Shown in pieces: positions 57,902 through 64,000 of a DNA stretch of 64,000 bases (the stretch's first letter is position 1; each line of letters begins with the position of its first letter). The translations under genes were made by a program, and so were the position numbers. Origin of the DNA: Candidatus Peregrinibacteria bacterium (GTDB lineage Bacteria > Patescibacteriota > Gracilibacteria > UBA1369); NCBI GenBank assembly GCA_963708185.1, contig OY970195.1, forward strand, positions 1,024,001-1,088,000. The letters run 5' to 3'. The notes under the pieces are model-generated. The model was not told the DNA's origin, did no database searches, and saw only the letters and a list, made by a program, of their open reading frames with translations.

Positions 57902-59569
57902 TTAGATGTCGAGAAGTTTCAGGACCTTCTCACGATCAACCGCCCAAAGAAAAGTTGAAAGTCGCGGGCCGGTGTCAGCGCCAATAAGGAGGTTATAGAC
58001 GTCCTTGAAAAAGGCTCGTTGGCGCGGACTGTTTTCCTTGTCGGAAAGTGAAGTGTCTTTGGGGATGGAATACACGAGCAGTTCCAGTTCGTGGATGGAT
58101 TCGATTTTTTCTCCGAGCTTCTTGCGAAGTGTGCGGATGTACTCTTTGGCCTGGTCGGACATGGCCGCAAGGTATTCATTGTTCACTTCGTCACGGAGTT
58201 TGATGATCTCCTGCGGATTGTAGGTCTCAAGCCAGTTTTTTGCTTTCTGAAGCCTTATTTCAACGGACTTTTCATCGTAATCCATCTCCACGCCCTTCAG
58301 GAGCTCCATGACTTTGTCGGGCTGCCACTGGACGATCTGTCCGAACGCCACGGCATAACGGAACGGGATCGGATTGGAACACATGGTCTTTTCAATGTCA
58401 TCAAAACTCAGTTCCAGGGCCGCGGTGGAAATCACCGAAAGTTTTCCACCATCCGGGGATCCATGACCTTCCCGGTAGGCTTTGCATTCACGATCGAACT
58501 CTTCGTACTGGCGATTGATTTCACTGTCAAAAGCCAGCTGGAATTTCTGGTGCGGATTTTTGCGGAAGTAGAGCCATTTCAAAAGTTCGGGTTCGTAGAC
58601 TTCCAAAAGATCCGCGGGAGAAACGGCGTTGCCTTTGGAGCCGGACATTTTGGAACCCAGTCCCTGGATGCCGATAAATTCGTATCCCACGAAGACCGGG
58701 CCTTGGCGATTGAAAATCTTCTGCGAAAGGATGCTGGAAGTGTCGTAGCTCCCGCCCGGCGAAGCGTGATCGTGACCGCCGGGTTCGAACGTCACTCCTT
58801 CGGCTTTCCAGCGCATCGGCCAGTCGATTTTCCAGGCAAGCTTGGCGATGTGATCCCTGGAAAGGTCCACCGTTTCGGTTTTTCCCGTGTCCCTGCATTT
58901 GTAGGTGACGCTTGTTTTGCCGTCGTATTCAAGGATTTCAGTGTTATCCTTGCCGGTGAAACGCGAATACAAAGAGATCGGGTAGTACGCGGCGCGATAC
59001 TCTTTTTCGTCGATATTTTTTTCGGCCTTGCCCTTGTCGGACATGAAGCTCAGGAGGGTCCGGGCGATTTCGTCACGACGCTGCAGGCAGTAAAAAATCT
59101 CATCGTCATAGCGACCCGATGTGTACTCTTTTGTCTGATAGCGGTAGTCGAGTTCAATGTTGAGCTCTTTCATGGCGTTTTCAAACTCCACTTCGAAGCG
59201 GCGGGCGTAGGATTCGTCCTTGCCTTCGGGATCGGGGATGGAGGTCAGCGGTTTGCCGACGTGCTCCATGTAGGAGAGGTCGACGCCCGCCGGCACTTTC
59301 CTGAAGCGGTCAAAGTCATCCCATGAAAAGAGTAGACGGGCCTTTTTCCCTTTCTTCTGAAGTGATTTGACGACCGCGAGCGACGTGATGACGTCGCGGA
59401 AATTCCCGAAATGGACCACCCCGGAAGGGCTTATTCCCGCTGCGCACGTATAAAGCTGTTCATCGGGAAACGTTTCGATGACTTTTTCTGCTAGCGTATC
59501 GGCCCAGTATTGATTTACATTATTCAACAGTTTGGCCAGGACTCTTCCGGAAGCGGCATTGCTCTGCAT
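57902..59569 (-). CDS. lysK: Lysine-tRNA ligase, class I
   Basis: YWAD, GISPSGVVHFGNFRD, DDFDRFRKVP, KLAWKIDWPMRW, KMSGSKG and GPRL; start uncertain. Confidence 0.93.
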   Translation of the reverse strand: MQSNAASGRVLAKLLNNVNQYWADTLAEKVIETFPDEQLYTCAAGISPSGVVHFGNFRDVITSLAVVKSLQKKGKKARLLFSWDDFDRFRKVPAGVDLSYMEHVGKPLTSIPDPEGKDESYARRFEVEFENAMKELNIELDYRYQTKEYTSGRYDDEIFYCLQRRDEIARTLLSFMSDKGKAEKNIDEKEYRAAYYPISLYSRFTGKDNTEILEYDGKTSVTYKCRDTGKTETVDLSRDHIAKLAWKIDWPMRWKAEGVTFEPGGHDHASPGGSYDTSSILSQKIFNRQGPVFVGYEFIGIQGLGSKMSGSKGNAVSPADLLEVYEPELLKWLYFRKNPHQKFQLAFDSEINRQYEEFDRECKAYREGHGSPDGGKLSVISTAALELSFDDIEKTMCSNPIPFRYAVAFGQIVQWQPDKVMELLKGVEMDYDEKSVEIRLQKAKNWLETYNPQEIIKLRDEVNNEYLAAMSDQAKEYIRTLRKKLGEKIESIHELELLVYSIPKDTSLSDKENSPRQRAFFKDVYNLLIGADTGPRLSTFLWAVDREKVLKLLDI

Positions 59570-59660
59570 ATTCGTTGTAAAAAGTACCTCTGCATTTATA
59601 TGGAATTTCTTCTTAAAAGTCAAAAGGGTATAATACGCTCACTGTGATCATTACGCGCAT

Positions 59661-61414
59661 ATGAAACACTTGTGGAAGCAACTTCAGGACAAAGTGAACC
59701 ATTTCTTCAAAAGAGACCCGGGCAAACCCCCCAAGAAACATCCATGGCTGATGGGCATCGCCGCCTTTTTGCTCTTTCTGATTCTTTATCTTCTCTCATC
59801 CCTGGGAACATTGAGGGTCTTTTTACCGACCTATCCCCAGTTGAGCGGGTTGCCGTTCGGTTCGAAAAACTATTTGATCGTTTTCCAGAACAACGATGAA
59901 CTGAGACCTGCCGGCGGCTTCGTTTCCTCTTTTGGTATCGCCAAGTTCCGCTACGGGATTTTTACGGGGATCGACGTTCAGGACGTATACGGTACGGTTG
60001 ATAACCACCCGTATATGGAGCCTCCCTATCCGATGAAACAGCTTTTGGCCAATCAGTTTTATCAGGGATATACCTTCCGCGACGCCAACTACAACGCCGA
60101 CTATCCAAAAAGCGCCGCCGAGCTTGTGCGCATGCTTCATCTTACCCAGCCAAATCTGCAGATCGACGGCGTTATCGCGGTCAACTATTCCTTCCTAGAG
60201 GACCTGCTTGGAGCCGTGGGATCGATGGATGTCGACGGCAAGCTTTTTACCAAGGATAATCTATTCAGCATGCTTGAATATGAGGTGAACAACGTCGACC
60301 GTCATAACGTTGAAGACCTGCAGAACCGAAAAAACATTTTGAAAGATTTTGCCCAAAGGCTTATCAAGAAAATACTGGTCAGCCCCCTGAAGCTTCGACG
60401 CGTCAGTGACACCATCGTCCACAGCCTGGCCACCAAAGAGATCCAGCTCTATTTCAACAATACCGACCTGGAAAAAATGGCCCAGGACAACGGCTGGTCG
60501 GGTGAATGGCCACAAACGCTTAACGGCGATTTTCTCGGAGTGGTCGAAGCGAACCTCGGCGGAATGAAGTCCGATCGCTACATTCAACGTAACGTGAAAT
60601 ACCACGTCAAGGTCCAGGACAATCCGGACACCGGAGAGAAAGAACTCATCGGCGAAGTGACGATCGATATCGATCATTACGGCGTGGAAGACGTTCCGAT
60701 GAACGGTGAGTATACGGGATTTTTCAGAACCTACGTACCGCGGGGAGCGACGCTTCTTGACGCTTCCAGCGACAATCCCAAAAGCTTGTGGAAACAGGAT
60801 GACGGCCTGTACACCGTTTTCGGCAACGTCGTCCGCCTGAGCCCGGCAAGTCGACCCAGCTCTCCTATAAATATAAACTTCCCGCGGACGTGCTCAAAGA
60901 CAGCCACTATCAGCTTTTTATCCCAAAGCAGTCGGGGACCGATCAGGACTACTATACGGTGATCTTTGAGGCGGAACAGGGCAACACCATCGACTCCCAG
61001 AGCTTCAAACCCAAGGAAAACGCCGCCATTTACCAGCAGGAACTGACCTCCGACGTTTCCCTGGACCTGAATGTTCTTCCGGACAAACTTCCGCCCAACG
61101 TCATCTATCAGGCCATCGAAGCCATGAACAAAATCACTATCGTTTTCAACGAAAACGTCAGCAACGAGTCGGCAGAAGATCCTTTGAACTATGAACTCAA
61201 AGATCTGGATGCCAACCATCCCGAATCCACGGACCATCTGCAGATCGACCACATCGACCACCAAGGGAAATCCGTCGTCATTTACACGAAGTACATGACA
61301 AGCCAGCCGGAGGAGCACTACCAGGTGACGCTCAAGAACATCAGCGATACCCACGGTAACGTCATCGATCCGAATCCGAAGAATATCACCGTGGTGCAGC
61401 GCCTCACAAACTGA
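59661..61414 (+). CDS. DUF4012-like membrane-anchored protein with C-terminal Ig-like domain, 1-nt frameshift near 60842-60846
   Basis: YLIVFQNNDELRPAGGF, RDANYNADYP, IDGVIAV and ANLGGMKSD. One added base continues as PGKSTQLSYKYKLP..Y.L.IPKQSG. Confidence 0.8.
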
Positions 61415-61509
61415 GGTTTTCTTCTTCACGGTGAAAGGTTGCAGCGCTTGCCTCTTCAAGAAAAACATTCTATGATGAGCCCCTTTCAACTTTTTTACCC
61501 TCTTTTGGC

Positions 61510-62319
61510 ATGACGGAAAATGGAGAAGAGCAAAGCGGCACCTTCATTATTGAAGACGTTGAAAATTTCATAAGTTCTGAACGGGCTACCTACCTTCCTG
61601 ATATCACCAGGGCCACTTTCCAGAGGATCGGCAAAGGGATGGATCGCCTGACAAAACTTTTCGGCGACGTGTTTTATCACAAGCCCGGAAGAAAATCCAA
61701 AGACGTCGTTTTCGTCGAAGAAATTTACCAGTCACTGCTCAACGGAGAGATCGATGACGGCGAGTGCATGGTCGGCCACATCTTCGCCCGGACTGAAGGT
61801 ATGACGGACCGCATTTTTTTCAGTACGCCAAAATCATTGATTCTTTTCGGCTGCGAACCTCAAAGGATTACAAAGGAACATCCTGAACCCCGGCATCCGC
61901 TCCTGATGCTGCTCGACCCAAAAGAGGGCATGTTCCTGAGGCCTTCTGCCGCTTCTACATTGAATTTCGGGCAGATCGTTTTTGACCGGTGCGGAGTGAC
62001 TGAAGACCGGGCCACCCCTTATGCTTTTGACCAGGAGGAGAAAAAAGTATGGAAAAAACACCTGGAACGCTGGCGGATCGATGATAAAGACATGGACGGA
62101 ATGAGAAAGATTTTCGGTTTGAGCATTCTGGAACTTCTGCGTTGGAAACACCGCAACGAACCCCAACCCGCTCCCCATATTGTCAGCTACGCCGATTTTC
62201 ATCGCAGGCTCTTTGACGCTTCCCATTCGGTGAGCGCAGGTCTTAACGCGGTCAACGGTCTCATCGAAAAAAAGTTCGGAGGCGGGCCCGATAAACCCGA
62301 TTCCTATAAGACTTACTAA
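61510..62319 (+). CDS. Hypothetical protein
   Basis: 269-aa ORF between same-strand genes; no recognised motif. Confidence 0.65.
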   Translation: MTENGEEQSGTFIIEDVENFISSERATYLPDITRATFQRIGKGMDRLTKLFGDVFYHKPGRKSKDVVFVEEIYQSLLNGEIDDGECMVGHIFARTEGMTDRIFFSTPKSLILFGCEPQRITKEHPEPRHPLLMLLDPKEGMFLRPSAASTLNFGQIVFDRCGVTEDRATPYAFDQEEKKVWKKHLERWRIDDKDMDGMRKIFGLSILELLRWKHRNEPQPAPHIVSYADFHRRLFDASHSVSAGLNAVNGLIEKKFGGGPDKPDSYKTY

Positions 62320-62383
62320 TTGCCGCTTGAGAGTTGGAAGGCCTTCCTCTACAATGGGGCCATCTCTTGGATTTGCCCCTTTG

Positions 62384-64000
62384 ATGGATAAAATCGCCGT
62401 TTTAGATTTCGGAGGACAGTACGCACATCTCATCGCGAACCGAGTGCGGCGTCTGGGGGTGTTCAGCGAAATTTTCGACGGGGAGATGCCGGCGGAAAAG
62501 CTGAAAGACTACAAGGGAATTATTTTTTCGGGAGGTCCGCAGAGCGTGTATGAACACGATTCCGTGAAATGCGATCCGAAGATTCTTGAACTCGGCGTGC
62601 CGATTCTGGGTATTTGTTACGGCCATCAGCTTTTGGCATATATCCAGGGCGCGCAGGTCGAGCCAGCACAATTGCGCGAATACGGTTTGACTGAAATGAA
62701 GGTTCTCAAAGCTGAAGGCGTTTTCAAGGGTCTCGACCCCATTGAAACCGTATGGATGAGCCACGGCGACTCGGTGAAGGAACTTCCTCCCGGCTACGAG
62801 GTCATCGGCCAAACGCCGGGCGAACACGCCGCCATCGCCAATTTTTCCAAAAATTTCTACGGGTTCCAGTTCCACGTCGAGGTCGCCCATACCGTCCACG
62901 GGATGAAAATCCTTCAAAATTTTCTGGATATCTGCGGAGCCCATTCGTCCTGGAAGATCGACGATTTCATCTCGCAGGAGATCGATGCCATTCGTCAAAA
63001 GGTCGGCGACAAGAAAGTTTTCATGATGGTGAGCGGCGGCGTTGATTCCACCGTCGCCTTTGCGTTGCTGGAAAAAACGCTGGGAGCCGACCGCGTCTAC
63101 GGACTCTTTGTGGATACCGGTTTTTTGCGAATGAATGAACGCAAACAGGTGGAAACGGCCCTGCAGTCAGTGGGATTCGCCAATCTGCATATCCGTGACG
63201 AAAGCAAAAGATTTTTTGAATCTTTGAAAGAAAAATATGATCCCGAAGCGAAGAGAAAAATTATCGGCGATCTTTTCCTGGAGGTCCAGCAAGACGTCGT
63301 CAATGAACTCAAGCTCAATCCCGATGAATGGCTTTTGGGCCAGGGAACCATTTACCCCGACACCATCGAAACCGGCGGCACCAAGCACGCGGCAAAGATC
63401 AAAACCCACCACAACCGCGTTCCCCAGATCGAAGAACTGATGAAACAAGGGCGTATTATCGAACCGCTTTCCCAGCTTTATAAAGACGAAGTCCGCGAGG
63501 TCGGTGAAAAACTGGGGCTTCCATCCGCCATGGTGTGGCGACATCCCTTCCCCGGTCCGGGACTGGCAGTCCGCTGCTTGTGCGCACAGGAAGAAAAGTA
63601 TCCCGCCCACCACACACTCATCGAAAAAAAGATCGACGAATTCCTGAAGCCTCATCGCCTGACCAGCAAGATCTTGCCGATCCAGAGCGTGGGAGTCCAG
63701 GGGGATTACCGTACGTACAGCCATCCTTTAGTGCTCATCGGACAAGCCGACTTTTCCGTTTTGGACGAACTTGCCACGCAGCTGATTAACCAGTTCAAAG
63801 ATATCAACAGGGTCATCCTGATGCTCGCTCCCAATACGATCGACACCCTTAAAGTTCAAAAAGAATATCTGACGTCCAGCCGCATCCACTTGCTTCAACA
63901 GGCAGACGCAAAGGTTTCCGCGTTCCTGATCAAACACAACCTCCAGCGACAGATCTGGCAATTTCCAACGGTTTTGCTGCCCTTGAGCGTCAATAGGGAA
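62384..64000 (+). CDS. guaA: GMP synthase (glutamine-hydrolysing), runs off the window end
   Basis: Read manually because it is absent from the ORF track: MDKIAVLDFGGQYAHLIA, LGICYGHQ, VWMSHGD, SGGVDS, QGTIYPD, IKTHHN and RHPFPGPGL. Confidence 0.97.
   Translation, partial: MDKIAVLDFGGQYAHLIANRVRRLGVFSEIFDGEMPAEKLKDYKGIIFSGGPQSVYEHDSVKCDPKILELGVPILGICYGHQLLAYIQGAQVEPAQLREYGLTEMKVLKAEGVFKGLDPIETVWMSHGDSVKELPPGYEVIGQTPGEHAAIANFSKNFYGFQFHVEVAHTVHGMKILQNFLDICGAHSSWKIDDFISQEIDAIRQKVGDKKVFMMVSGGVDSTVAFALLEKTLGADRVYGLFVDTGFLRMNERKQVETALQSVGFANLHIRDESKRFFESLKEKYDPEAKRKIIGDLFLEVQQDVVNELKLNPDEWLLGQGTIYPDTIETGGTKHAAKIKTHHNRVPQIEELMKQGRIIEPLSQLYKDEVREVGEKLGLPSAMVWRHPFPGPGLAVRCLCAQEEKYPAHHTLIEKKIDEFLKPHRLTSKILPIQSVGVQGDYRTYSHPLVLIGQADFSVLDELATQLINQFKDINRVILMLAPNTIDTLKVQKEYLTSSRIHLLQQADAKVSAFLIKHNLQRQIWQFPTVLLPLSVNRE

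Overview
Bacterial chromosome segment of about 50% GC, read with the standard code 11. The gene content points to Patescibacteria/CPR, possibly Peregrinibacteria-like (inference): class I LysRS, class I aldolase, SLH and LPxTG surface proteins, DUF4012, competence genes and weak SD motifs. Housekeeping genes include a Xer-type recombinase, ftsE, purM, dprA, a PilB/GspE ATPase, nusA, recX-recA, ctpA, argS, murA, comM, yraN, dnaB, lysK and guaA, plus four tRNAs. The main discovery candidate is a duplicated cassette at 746-7852 and 13416-21920. Each copy encodes a ~107-aa helical protein, a giant protein (2050 or 2346 aa) and a homologous ~190-aa downstream protein. The giants share a helical N-terminal half and a Gly/Ala-rich hydrophobic region, carry different central enzymatic modules (an HExxH metallopeptidase versus two GGDEF/palm-like motif sets), and both end in a Hanks-type protein kinase. 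This layout resembles an undescribed polymorphic toxin/effector-immunity system, and one copy is divergent from the PilB ATPase gene. Other notable items: a B3/4-like domain fused to ArgRS, an 18-bp perfect palindrome in the recA promoter, a duplicated tRNA-Ser flanking an AT-rich protease islet, a duplicated murA 3' end carrying a dispersed GC-rich hairpin repeat, and four single-base frameshifts that are probably sequencing errors. All assignments come from motif reading by eye; no database searches were run.
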